Shown here piece by piece: positions 38,176 through 52,203 of a stretch of 64,000 nucleotides of DNA. This stretch comes from Chrysomallon squamiferum (lineage: Eukaryota; Animalia; Mollusca). The DNA lies in the NCBI GenBank assembly GCA_012295275.1, contig CM022673.1:26536001-26600000 (forward strand), in the 5' to 3' direction. The notes under the pieces are model-generated. The model worked only from the letters and a program-made list of their open reading frames with translations. It was not told where the DNA came from and searched no databases. Numbering within the stretch: the first letter of the stretch is position 1; each line of letters begins with the position of its first letter. Made by a program: the position numbers and the translations under genes.

Positions 38176-39288
38176 TACGAAACTCTCGCAAATAATTGTT
38201 TTCCGCCGTCCGTCACAATGGTTAAACTCGACTCGGAAAACATCGCATCGATCATTCCTCGTAACAAATCAAGTCTTCGTATGTTGTAGTAGTATATAAC
38301 ATATACACACGAGAACCAGAAAGAAGATGTGTGACGGGGTGAAACCACTCGTAGAAATATAATATCTGACATCTGGACTGCACGAAGTGTGCGTGACGAA
38401 CAAGAATACACGACTCTTGTTTGTTGAAATTGTTATTAATCAGCGGAAGTGGTTTTGTTCTAATGAGGCTGAACCGTTCGCGGACACACAAATACGTAGA
38501 TTGCGTTTGGTTTACGCATTGTTGTCAGTGTGTCTGTATATCTGTTTGTCTGTCTGTCTATCTGTCATTTTTTTAAAATTATAAATCTTGCTTTCTTTAT
38601 TTCTGTCTCTTTAATATATATCTTTGTCTGTATATCTATCTATCTATCTATCTACCTATCTATCTGTCTGTCTATCTGTGAGGTTTTTTGTCTAACAATA
38701 TGTCTATATATCTATATGTGCATATGTGTGTATGTAAGTACGTCACTCTGAAAGTGTTACCATAACTACTCGAAGTTGACGTCATTAAATCAAAACCTTT
38801 TACGCTTCCACGTGCAATTTGTAAGTATTTCTGCCCATACAGTCATAAGCATTTATTCAGTGCACACAAAGACGTGACTATTCCGAAAAATGAAATTTTA
38901 CATAGTAATTTCATCATATTTTCACTGTCGAAAATTTACCTTAATTATGAACTAAGAAAAAAAAAAAAAAAAAAAAAGGGTTTAATTTTCACCAATCCGG
39001 CTGGTGTGATTAATTTAAAAACCGATAGAAAAGGAATCTCAGATATAAAATATTATATTTAATGGGGCTAATTTCCTTCAATTTGTCTTAGCACGGATCG
39101 TCAAAGACGGAATTACAGTTCGCGAAAGTCACGTTTGCTGGAATTCGTGGCAGAAGAGCAAGGAAGCGTGGAATCCCTTACTCGGACAAAGTGGACTAAT
39201 ATTCTTCTTAAATGTCCAACTGATCGAAATATATATTTTAAATTAATTACTCTGTCTTATAAAAGTTAAAATGAATCGGGTAACACAC

Positions 39289-39421
<133 letters not shown>

Positions 39422-40128
39422 CTCAGGTTTGTGAATAACTATTTTCTTTCACAGTTTCTACATCACTGTCTTTTAACAGCATAAACGTTTCAACAGGATT
39501 TGATCTCGAAGCCATTTCTATTTCCATTTCTTTTTTTTTTTTTTTTTTTTTCAGACTGTGATATCTTAGATCGACATATTATTTATTACATTTTCTTATG
39601 TAATTCTAATCTATGTCTTAATTTACGCCACGATTTTCATCATGCCAGCACGTGGCGTAACATTAATATCCCCTTGTCAGTTACAGCCGCCATACTTCCT
39701 CGCTTCTGACAGAATCGAGGCCTGATTTCCGTTTGGAATGTTCGTTCACAAATCTGACGTGTTTTTCGGTAAGGTTGTTAATAAATGAACGACATGTTCG
39801 GTGTTTGAGTGGGACTAAAACGAGCAAAAAAAACCCCAAACAAATACTGATGTAAAATAAAAAATAATTTTATGAAAAGTTACGTTATATATAAAATAAA
39901 GTGAACGTTATTAAAACTTTATATGATGTAAGAAAGGATGAAGTTTTTATAATTTTTTATATGAAATGACGCATTAAGGGCATTTTAAATTTTTTCGATA
40001 ATACCTTTAAATATATAAGACATTATATATCATATAATTCTGTTTAAAAATTCTTGATGTATATATATATATATATATAACTATAACTCTCTTCTAACTA
40101 TAATTAAACAGAACTAAAAACACATGAG

Positions 40129-40173
<45 letters not shown>

Positions 40174-43100
40174 TGAACATTCATACATAGAAAGATAAAT
40201 TAACTCAATCAGTGTTAATTAAGAATTTTCGTCTGAAAATTTACACATAGTAAATTACGATTTATGGATTGATGAATTATTTAAAGAAACCTAAAACTTC
40301 CTTGTCAGTTAGAGACAGAATATGTCGGACAATTATGAAATAAAAGAAATCATTTAATTATTATACTCGTAAAATACCAGACCAAGTAATGGCAATGGTG
40401 TAAAATTAAATTAAATAAAAATTAAGCTTACCGCTGAAGTCTTGAATGCTACAAAATAACCGGAGGACACGTGGAAACTACACGAAGGGAAGTGATCTAG
40501 AGAAATCCACTGAGACAATGAAGAGCTGAACTAGAGAAATACAGGAAAGAAACCAACAGTCATAGAACAGCGAAAGACAGGAAGATGTGGAAACACCATA
40601 CACAGGCTGTCGTTCTACAACGGGATAGTACGATCACACAGTGTTGATGATGATGATGTTGATGATGATGATGACTGTAACGCTTATAAAAATGAGATAA
40701 TATGAGTGTATTGCTGGAATCAGTGGCTTTTTGTTTGGTTGTTTTGTATAACTGTGTTTGTTGCGTTGTTATCTATACATGTGTAAATGTCCTTATGTGC
40801 ATGCATATGCAGATATGTGCATCATTTCAGTTACAATTTGTTTTGATGTTTTCTTCACGGATAAATAAATTATTATTCTGGAAGACGGTATAGTGGCTCC
40901 GTTGTTTTTATTTACTTTGTACATACATCAGTTAATTAGTAATACTCATTACAGTGATTTAAATTTAAAAAAAAAAAAATAAAAATAAAAAAATTAATTA
41001 TTTATTCTTTTTTAAATAATGAAAAATAAAGCACCGCAACAAAAAAACAAGATTTACTTGTCACCTGATACCAAACAGAAGCCAATAATAATTAGACGAA
41101 TTTGAACTTTACGCATACATCGTCTGGACGATTTGTCGCAGAAACTGTCAAATAAAGTCAGAAAGAACCGTACAAGTGAAGCCATTATTTCTTTAGGGCT
41201 TCCACTTTTAATGGAATAAAACGTAAACGAAAAGCACGTAAGCTAGATTTGTGTTTTTTTGTTGGAGCGGACTGGATGACTGGTTTTTGACGTTTCTGAT
41301 TGGTGCTTTTAGTGCGCGGGTTAACCAGCGTCTTCCGTCGTCTGCTGATGATAATTATGCACGTGGCACCAAGGAGCTGGATTGAGTAGCAGGCTTTATC
41401 GCTATTTCTGGCCGAAATATTTTTTTTTTTTTTTTTTTTTCTGAATTTAGATCTCATCTGAAAGTCACAATGATATAATTTTCTGAATGCTGGAATCGTT
41501 CATGAATAAGATTTTATTAGACAGGATTAATAATAATAATAAAATATATATATATATATAAATAAATAAGTGACCCAAAAGGAAAAATAGATGGGGAAAA
41601 GTATTAATAATTGATTATAAAAATCATGATAAAGATCCTGCAGTGTTTTTGTGAAATTTATATTACTACATAACACTTATCTATTAATATCTAATTAAAA
41701 AAAAAAAAAAAAAAATAAAAATAAAAAATAAGGTGACCTAAAAATCGTTTTAAACGATAATGAACCATAACAAAGTGACCGGTGACCTCCATTTGAATTT
41801 TTTAAATTTTACATTGTTTGTTGTTCAGTTCTTGTTAAAAATATTATTTAAACATGCATGATTAGCGCTCGTAGGTTTATTATTAGTTTTTGTTTACTAA
41901 ATTAAAATATTTTATAATACACACATTAACTGAAGTTAATTAACTGGACAGTAGTTTGGCTTTGTGTAACATTAACTCAAGATAAGATTTAATATATCAA
42001 AAACGTGTAATATACAAATTGGCATTAACAACAGCATATATTACGTCACACATTAGTTACATAAAAAATACGCAGATGATATTGAGATTTTAGAAACTGA
42101 GACTCTGTTTCTAATGTTAACCATCAGGATTCATCACAGGATAGGAAAACAAAAAACTAAAATATCACATTTTGATTACAGACTCACTATGGTGTCATAT
42201 CTTTTTCGCTGAGTATATTTTACGTAACCGCTTCATATTTTGTTCGGCAATAACATTAAAGTCGAGATTTACACGACAATTTTAAGATTACTTACCTTAA
42301 TCCAAGAAGAGTTATAACCGATAATCTAAACTTGATGGTTTCTAGCCATTTGTAGACGTATTTAGAATTTGACAATTTCCTACCTCCATGGAGATTCTTT
42401 ATTTCTTAATTATGTTGTCCTCGGCGTTCATCCGCGGGGTGAGCGGTAGCAGTATTGTCTAGCGATGTTAATTAACAGTGAAAGTCCCTCTAGAGAGGAG
42501 TCGGGGAAAGCATGCATGGCATTTAAGTCTAGTTAACACTAAGCAAGAGAAGAAGCGACGTTTTCAAACGTTACAGAATTGCCAAGCAGAACTTTGACCA
42601 GAACGCTAATTGAAAACAAACGCGAGCATTTCGTAAACACGTGATGGTGAGAATAGTCTCGTTATACGAGAACGTTTCAAAGCCGGTGGCGTGAAATTAA
42701 CGAAATATTAATTAGCGGAATGGCAATTTTAAAATTTGAATTATGTTAACTTAAAAAGAAAACAACGAAAAAAAAAAAAAAAAAAACCCAACAAAACAAC
42801 AATAACAGCAACAAAAAACATTCAGAAACTGTTCATTACTTTTTGAATATCTCATCGAAACGACAGTATTAATCAAAACAAGCTGCGTGTGTGATATATA
42901 TGTAATAATGTCGTCTGCTGTGGTGACTTACAGTGTATTAGTGACATGAGTTTACCATTCGTATTACTTCTGATACAAGCTTTCATTACCGTCCCTGTCA
43001 GTTCTGTTTTGCATTCGTGCTTCATTTTTTATATTATTTTTACGTTGTGGCATATTAAGGAGTATTTTGTAAGATATGGATATTTAATACAGAAGTAATT

Positions 43101-43853
43101 ACTTGAGATTTCTTGTAAAACATATGGATGTTGTCTGTGATAGTTTGTCAATGTTAATCAAACGTGAAACAAAATACAGCTTGGATATAATTTTTATTTT
43201 TATTTATTTATTTATTTATTTTATTTATTTTATTATTATTTTATTTTATTATTATTATTATTATTATTTTCTACTTCATTTTTTTTTTTTCTTATCCTAA
43301 ATTAATGTTACGTAAAGCAAAAAGAAAGAAAAAAAAAAAAGAAAAATTAAAAAAAGCATGTTAATTAATATTTCAGTTTGTCTTCATTCTGAAACTTTTT
43401 ATACTTACTACATTTGCGAAACTGTCTCTAATGGTGCAACAGGCCAATATTAATTATTATTGTCCCAAAGGTACATTTATTTATCTCTGTATACATTCCA
43501 GCTCATAGAATAACTAATGGAATATTTTGTTTCGAAAGAGATAAAATTATTGCGAGGCAGACTTCTGAACGGCGGTTTTCAGAATTGCAGAAATGCGGGC
43601 GCCATCATATTATAACATTCATGATGAAATTAGTTTCTTTATAAAGAATACACTGATAAATGTATTAAATCTAACATTACATAAACTGTGTGTATGTGTA
43701 TATGTGTGTGTGTGTGTGTGTGTTTGTGTGTTAGTGTATTTGTATATGTGTAGATGAATGTGTATTAATGCGTGCGTCAGTATGTGTGTAATAAATAATC
43801 ATTTTTATTAAACTAATAAAATAAATAATAATAAAAATAACTTCTTCTTCTTA

Positions 43854-43887
<34 letters not shown>

Positions 43888-44884
43888 GGGTTGAATTAAC
43901 TGAAGGAAAATTATTTTACGAAAACATTATTTCGTCGTCATGTCAACGAAATCAGTTCACTTTTGTTTTATTATTTTTATTTATTTATTTTTATTTATTT
44001 ATTTATTTTTTTTTTTTTTTTTTTTTTTTTTACTGCAGGGATTATCTGTATTTTTCATAATATAAATAGTCTTTATATGTATATATATATATATATATAT
44101 GATAAATATTTTATTACAATAAATGAACAAATAACTCAATAAAGAGATCAAACATGTGTTTTAAGTGTACAAATTAATGGTGCTAAACCAAAACAAAAAA
44201 AAAAAAAAAAAAAAAATTGTTAGTCTCCCGAGAAAAAAACGCCACAGAGATAAACACAAGTACAATCAAACAAAGTGAAAATCAAGAGAAAAAAAAAAAA
44301 AAAATATTAACAAACAACGGTGTCACTGAGGACGTCATCAGCTTGTCGATAACGCCAACAATGAAGACGTACTCCCAGAACGACGGCATCGTTATTTAGA
44401 GTCGCTTGAAAAACAGTAATTTCCACTGCGCAAAAGCAAAATGGTTTCTTGTAATTGCATCGTGTGTCAGTGTCAGGCTGGCGAGAATAATTCCAAAACA
44501 AAGTGTGAAAGCCGAGTAAATATGTTTAACAAAACTTGTAAGCGTGTTTCCACACATTTCGCTGGTACTGGACTCAGCGGTGTTGAAGTATTTAGTGTAA
44601 CACGGTATCTGGCCGGGGCCAAGGGATATTGAATAAATAACGCTAAATAACTGATTTTTGACGGCACGATATTTCAAATAAGTAATGAATTAATCATAAG
44701 AGGAAATCTTTTTGCTAATCTTGTTATCACGCAGAATAGTCGCTTGTTTGGTTACTGGTTGGCCTAAAACGATCGCACGCAAGATCAATCCCTCACAATG
44801 TCATCATTTGAATTTTTTTTTTTTTTTTTTTTATTTTTTTTTTTTTTTTTTTTGATTTTCAAACCAGATCTCCGTGGTTTGAGT

Positions 44885-45193
44885 TTTGCTGCCCGTGGGA
44901 AGGTATACACCCCCAAACACGGGCAACGTTTTTCGAGAAGCGGGCCACATGAGACATGGCTCATTCTCAGGCGGGCCGCAGGTACTAATTTAGACGATTT
45001 TTTGTTTTTAACGTAGAGTTTATTTTAAGAAATTTTTCATTTTCATTTACTTCAGGAACTGTTATAATAATAATAATAAAAAATTACATATTTTTTTGTG
45101 TATTAGTAGATACAAAATAGACTCATTTTATAAAATTTGAATTAACGTTATTTTCCTTGTGAAATTAGGCGGGCCGCTGTTTGCCTATGACTG
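44885..45193. mobile_element. hAT/Charlie-like DNA transposon remnant
   Basis: Repeated GCGGGCC subterminal motifs and an end GGCGGGCCGCTGTTTGCCTATGACTG typical of hAT MITEs; matching left TIR not found. Confidence 0.4.
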
Positions 45194-46244
45194 ATTTAAA
45201 CATTACAAGATATTTTCTACAGTTTATTTTTTTATGAGATCTGTAGTTCGATTTTTAATAAATAGCAAACAATATAGGAGATATTGTTTTCTCATTTCTG
45301 AAGAGAAAAGTGAGCAATAAAAAAAAAAAAAAAAAAAAAAATTAAATAAAAGACAGAAAATTTACTTTTGGTTTTATAACTTAATATCTGATTAATTATG
45401 AATAAAAATTAAAATTTCATACCATAGACAAGATTTGGTAAAAAAAAAAAAAAAAAAAAGGTTTAACCAACAAACTCTTTATTTAAACCGTCTTTAAAAT
45501 CATCAAGACAAACTGTAAAACTGTAAAAGTTTATTGCAGAGTTTTAATATTCTGATACGTGTCAAACATAAACATAAAACGTTCACCAAACATAACAGTA
45601 TTTAACTAAAATACTCTTCATTTAATCAGTTTTCTAGATCTTAAAGAAGAAATATAGTAATAAATGAAGAACGAGATTAATCCTTTATTTAGCGTTTGAC
45701 ATTTTGATGACATTAAAACATTAAATCGAAACATTTTACACTAACATTTAATAAAGTATACCACTGATTAAAGATGTTAAGACGTTTTCAAAAGATTCAA
45801 CAACGAAAACATCTGGATTTTTTTTGTCTTCTACATCTTTGAGGATATAGGTTTTTAATCAGGGTCGATTTTAATGGCGCTGTTATCACTCTACTTAGAA
45901 CGCTGAAAGCCAAGATACTGTTACCATACAACAACATAAATTGCAGTGTTCGAGGAAAATGATGCAGATGTGAAAGAAACAGAAAGCAAGACTATTGTTT
46001 ATCGCGCTGAGAATGGATGGGATGCAGAGTGCTCAGAGGGAAATGAGTTCATTACGGCGTTTAGACGAACTTCCACCATTAAAGCACTTTCTAAACAGCG
46101 AGAATCACGTATACAAACATGCAAATTGACTTTTACTGGCTTACATCAGCTGCAGAAAGAATCCGTAATGTGCGATAATGTGTAAAACTGCAAAACAAAC
46201 AAACAAATAAATTATAAATAATAATAATAATATAATATAATGTA

Positions 46245-46286
<42 letters not shown>

Positions 46287-46421
46287 TAAAACAAAAATAA
46301 ATACATGATAATAATATAATGTAATGGAATATAATAAAAATAATAATAATAATAATAACAAAACAAACAAAAAATAAATACATAATAATAATATGATGTA
46401 ATATAATAATAATAATAATAA

Positions 46422-46452
<31 letters not shown>

Positions 46453-46504
46453 AAGAAGAAGAAAATGATGATGATAATATGAAGAAGAATGTTTTCCATT
46501 TCTA

Positions 46505-46545
<41 letters not shown>

Positions 46546-48219
46546 TCCTTGTTCTAATCAAGTCCAGCATGACTTACCTGTTTCATTACTCAGGGTTTGG
46601 AAACAATGGTACTCGTAGAATTTGTCACACGTTCACTGTTTTTGATAGTTAATGAAACAAACGCAGTAGAACATTAAGTAAAAATGTGCATCTAGGCCAG
46701 GCCCTTAATGTTGCTTTAAGGCAAACGACAAACGAGCTGGATAAATTCGGTCACTGTTACGAGTTTTTACAAATATAGAAACGAGTGCTTGTTGTATTTC
46801 CATATCCCTTGTCAGGAATCTTTGTTTATATCTCAGCCTTAGGACACAATTAGCACTTTTTGTCCTTCCGCTAGATGTATCCTTGCGTCTTAATGAATAC
46901 AAATATTGTAATAGTTCTCCGTTCGGAATAATTTTGAATTAATTGTTTAAAAGGACGATGCATTTATCATCCTTTTGTCATAGTTTTCTTTTAATATTTG
47001 TGTTATTTTACTAATTTAGACTATTTTTTTTTTTACTTACCTTGACTTACCCTTTTGTCAAAATTTTAGTTCAATGAAATATTTTTTTTATTAATTAAGT
47101 TTATATTGTATTTATCAAAACAGTTGCTAGTAAAGCAATAAAAAACAATAATAAAAAAAAAAATAAAAATAAATACTACTTCTGCTACTACTGCTATTAC
47201 TAACAATAATAATACTATTAAATCAAATTAAAAAAGTAAAAAATAAATTAAAAAAAAATAAAAAGAAACAGAAATAATAAAACAAAAGCTATATATTTTT
47301 ATTCATTATTAAGTAGTTAGATCTCTGCCGATCGAAAATGATTATTTATATATCATCAACATTAAAAAATCTTGATGACAATTTGGATGCTTAGAGAAAC
47401 AAAAAAAAACATTTCCACTTCATAAATCGATGGGAGAAAAAAAAAAAAAAAAAAAAAGAAGAAAAACAAACAAACAAATAGTTCTTTGGAAACTGTTTTT
47501 CAGAACGTAACCACGAATAGATTCAAGGTTAAGCGCGATGAAGTAACGTCACATCACGTAACTGAAATGGACAAAACAATAAGTATGTGACGCCTGCTAT
47601 CAGCGTTGCCAGGACAACTCAAATGTATCCTTCCACCAGCGGAGTATTATCACGTCAAGCGGTTTTAACTTGGCTTTAACTTTACAAGACGACAATGTCT
47701 CGCTGAGATTAGTGAGGTTTGTCATCAAACTTTTCTGACATGGCTATTCTAAATAAGATAAAATAATTGTTTTTTTCTTTTTCTTCCTGTGGTCGTTGAC
47801 ATATAACCGTATTTATAGAGAGCGGAGCAAGACACTAGTGTCAGTCTATAAAATGGGGTTTTTTTTGTTGGTTTTTTTGTTGTTGTCGTTCTTGTTGTTC
47901 TTATTTTGATATTAAAGAGAGGTGACTGCCTAATTATGTTCTGCTTTTAAATTAATAAGACTCAAATTATCTTTTCTTTCCTAAAATAAAAACGAAGCAC
48001 GAAATGATCTCAAAATTAGTTTCTATTCTTAAGTTAGTAAGAAGTCAATCCCGAAATTATGTTCTTTTTAAAATTAAAAACAATGAGAAAAAAAAAAAAA
48101 AAAAAACTACATCAGTACATTTTTTTTTTATTGCTGTTGTTGCTATTTTTAAATCAAAAGGCAACTGTCAAACATCGTCTTTTTATATTTAAAACAGATA
48201 AGAGCGAAATTATCTTCAG

Positions 48220-48257
<38 letters not shown>

Positions 48258-49497
48258 TGAATTTTTTTTTATTAAACTATTAAAAACGAAACACGCTTGC
48301 AAAAATTATCAGAACTGTTCTTCATTTATCATTTTTCTTTGTTACAAAATAAGTCAACCATTCTGAAATGTGCTTACACCCTGAAAATGGCACAAGAACT
48401 GCTACATACGTACCCAGTGCAGTAATATCTGACCAAGGTTGTATTAGTTCTATTAGATGTAGGTGACAAATCAGTGTCAAACGTAAATAATGCGGCGAGT
48501 GAATGAACGCCACGCGGCTTGAAAGAGTAGTTCCGGTCTGGTAAGGACAACACCCGCGCGCGCGAACTATGAAAATAGCGTCTGGAAAAAAAACATCCGG
48601 TTTTCTGGTCTTTCCGGATTTCAGGACGCCGGATAATTGGTCCGGTACCTGTAGCTGTTTTACAACTCGCACTTCTGTTCAAGGTAGAATCCGGATCAGA
48701 GAAACGTACCCGCTCTCTGCCAGGCACGAAGCCAATAGCTTAACCGACCCATCATCGATTCTTTATTAAGTCTTTATTAAAGTATTTTCACATGTCTTCA
48801 TTTTCTGTTTATCTTCATTTTACACGACAGGCTTCACAAATCAAACCGTTATAATTTATAATATCGACTCGTATTATATCTTTCTTTCTTTTTATTTTTA
48901 TTCTTTTTTTTTTTTATATATATATATAAATAATAGTTTTGTAATCTTATTACTTGACTGGGACAAATAGGATTTCTTAATGGGATCTTTAGCGCGATGT
49001 CGACATCAGTAGGATATCCCTACGTTTCTAGATTTGCAATTACGTGTAGCGTATCTCCGACAAAAATCTACTAATATCTGCTGTTCAGTCATTCTGGTAA
49101 TTTTTCAAAAAAAACGTGTTTTATGTCGGTTAATAGTTTAAGGCATTTAGATGTGTGATTTCTTTTTCAGCTACGATCAGTTTGAATGACGTTCGACTTG
49201 TTTTTTGAACATACACACATACGTACACATACTTATACACGTACAGAAGCACACATGCACGCAAAGACACACGAAGACACACATGAAGACTAAGTTACCT
49301 GAATCAACATTTTATTCTAAATATACTTTACAATTTTTTTTTTTTTTTATTCTTATTTATATAAATTTTACTTTTTCATTTTGCAAAATTCTGGAAAAAA
49401 GCTTAGAAAAAAGCCAGGCAACAGAATAAAATAAATTTTTAGCATCATTTTTCCCCCCTTTTTTATAAACTCTAATATCTGTATCTATCTATCTACC

Positions 49498-49554
<57 letters not shown>

Positions 49555-49557
<3 letters not shown>

Positions 49558-49684
49558 TATGAAACGGAAAAAATCTTAGGTCATTTGCACTACTCATTTG
49601 TTTTTTTAAATAATTTTAATCTTTATATTTTAAAAAACAAATAAATAGTGCAAATGACCTAAGTTTTTTTTCCGTTTCATATTT
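49555..49684. repeat. Long inverted repeat (foldback), about 55-bp arms and 18-nt loop
   Basis: AAATATGAAACGGAAAAAATCTTAGGTCATTTGCACTA... pairs with ...TAGTGCAAATGACCTAAGTTTTTTTTCCGTTTCATATTT. Confidence 0.9.
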
Positions 49685-51149
49685 AAGATCTCTATAGCAA
49701 TAACCAACACTGCGGATGAAATAAATAATAACCTGTCCACAAATGACTGTGAAAAGTGACGTAAACGTTTTACATCCAAGTTCTGTAATTTCACGCGCAC
49801 GGGTCTAGTGTTTATGAAACTGGTTTCTGCTAATATTTATAGAACGATTATTACTTCTGTCAAAACAATAGCTGAACGAATTTCGGAGTTAAAACAGGCG
49901 TGAAATTACATCCTGATGAATTCGGAATTAATTTTCTGTAAGCGGTCAGTCCAGCCTTTCTGTCTTTCTCAGAGACAGGCTGGCAGTTGAGAGATGGAAT
50001 TAACTTTCAGGAAGAAGGGAGAGGAGCCGACTTTATAAATTATAACAATTAACAACAACAACAACAACAACAACAGAAGAAAAAAAGAAGAAAAAAAAAA
50101 AAAAGAAGAAGAAAAGAAAAAAAAGAAAACTCTACAGGTTGATAGGTAAAAGAGAAGGTATTAACACAAATATAGGATTTCCGATTTTAAACACAAACCT
50201 AGTGGAGTCAACAAACGTTATTTGACGATTCTGACTATAGCCAGTTGAAAATGAGGCAAAAAAATAAATAAATAAAATATATATATATTTAATATTTTAA
50301 GCGTAAAAACAGTCAATTTTAACAGAGGACTGACTGGCTGTAATTTGAGATAACGTTAAATTAGTTAACGTGTTATGCTTTTTCTAAAATTCAGATATTT
50401 TCCGTCCTATAACTTAACCTCTACTAAGATCATGCAGTCCGTTCTAACGAAATGTATACAATATCTACTGGTGATACTTAGAGTAAACCGTTAATTGTAT
50501 TGTCTTTATGAAGCCGTATTGTACATTAAAAATTCGTCGAATCGTAAAATATTTCTTTCTTTCTTTCTTCCTTTGTTTGTTTTTATTTGTTTTATTTTTC
50601 CATCTTTCTTTAAATTTTTATATTATTTTTATTTATTTATTTATTTAAAATTAATATTCTATTATTATCTCCATTATCATAATCATCAACAACATCATCA
50701 AAAACTTTTTTTAAAATTGTTGATAAATACTTTATTTTGAACAACCTCTAACGTTTAATAACATTCCACCGGCTTTTATTTATCAAATCCTTTCCGGTTA
50801 GTAAAAAATTAGGAATTAAATACGACGTTAGAAATTCGACTGGATTAAAGGCAACGCTAAAGAAAGTAAATGTTTTCAGATTTACACAGTGATAACTGGT
50901 TTATTTACTGCCAGCAAGTTATGAAATATTTACAGCAGATTGTGGAGATTGGTGACAGAGCGAAGCTACTGATTCTAAAATGAAAAAAACAAAAAAAACA
51001 AACAATGTCGTTAGGGCGTTCCCAGAGGGAATATCGGTGATAAGTTAGTTATCAGTGAGGGAATTTGAATAATTCACACGTTTTAGATCAAGAAACGTGA
51101 TATCATCTGATATCCACCTTGTTATTACTGCTGTGGTTTTAGCTTAGTT

Positions 51150-51182
<33 letters not shown>

Positions 51183-51199
51183 TTTATTTTGTTGTTGAT

Positions 51200-51241
<42 letters not shown>

Positions 51242-51290
51242 CAGTTGCCACATTAATAACTGGTTACCTACAAAATCTATTAAATTTACT

Positions 51291-51327
<37 letters not shown>

Positions 51328-51778
51328 GGGCGGGGTGGAATGGTTGCCTATACTCACATTACTCACATTAAAGGAATGGCAGTTAATATCCCAGTTCATT
51401 AATCATCTAACTACTTTGTATCTAACTACATCTCTGGAGCTGTAAACAGAACCGAAACGTCTTCGTAACACTTACACTACCTTCGTAATATCAAAATGGT
51501 CTTTAAATAATTCTCCTCATCCGGCATGCTGATCCCAACCAATTTTCTAAAAACATCGAAATTAGGAAATGGTTTCTTGTCACGATCGAGAAATAGCGAA
51601 ACTACAATTTGTAAGTGATTAATAAACGTGTGGACTTACTCGTCTATAAACCGTTCCCAATTATTACAGGCCGAAAGCTTTTTGTATAAATACATTGTTT
51701 GTGAAACAGTTTGAAAGATCATGTTCACAGCGAGGATTTTGGTCTCGTAATCCTAAATCGATATTTCATAAGTTTATA

Positions 51779-52016
51779 CAGGGTGTCCCGTAAAATTCCA
51801 TACGTAGGAAAAAATAAACGTTTTTATACGAAAAAAACAACAACCATTTTTATTTATATAATATGCTCTACATGACTGCCATTATGTTGAAAACACATTT
51901 CAGTCCTCCAGTGCTGAAGAACACGTTCAAGCACAGCTGGAGTTGTTCTTGTAATGGAGTTGGTGATACGTTGCTCGAGATGAAACCATAAGAATGGAAA
52001 CTTATGGGACACCCTG
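51779..52016 (-). mobile_element. Internally deleted Tc1/mariner element (MITE) keeping the transposase C-terminus
   Basis: TA target duplications (51777-78, 52017-18); 23-bp TIRs CAGGGTGTCCC(G/A)TAA..TTCCAT; minus strand encodes LEQRITNSITRTTPAVLERVLQHW..MCFQHNGSHVEHII*, typical of Tc1/mariner transposase tails. Confidence 0.88.
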
Positions 52017-52172
52017 TAGAATATGTTTTGCTTTTTGCTAAATAGGAACATAAACTGAACAGAACAGACAATGAAATGGGTGGATAGTTTTTATTATCTT
52101 TTGAATTTAATAATAATAATAATAGGTAAAAGTACTAGTAGTTCTTGCAGTCGTAGAAGTAGTAGAATCAGT

Positions 52173-52203
<31 letters not shown>

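Noticed and set aside
48530-48720. CCGGA-rich patch ending CCGGATAATTGGTCCGGTACCTGTA as a complete MITE or coding exon
   Set aside because: Resembles one transposon end only; no partner TIR found and the overlapping ORFs lack recognisable motifs.
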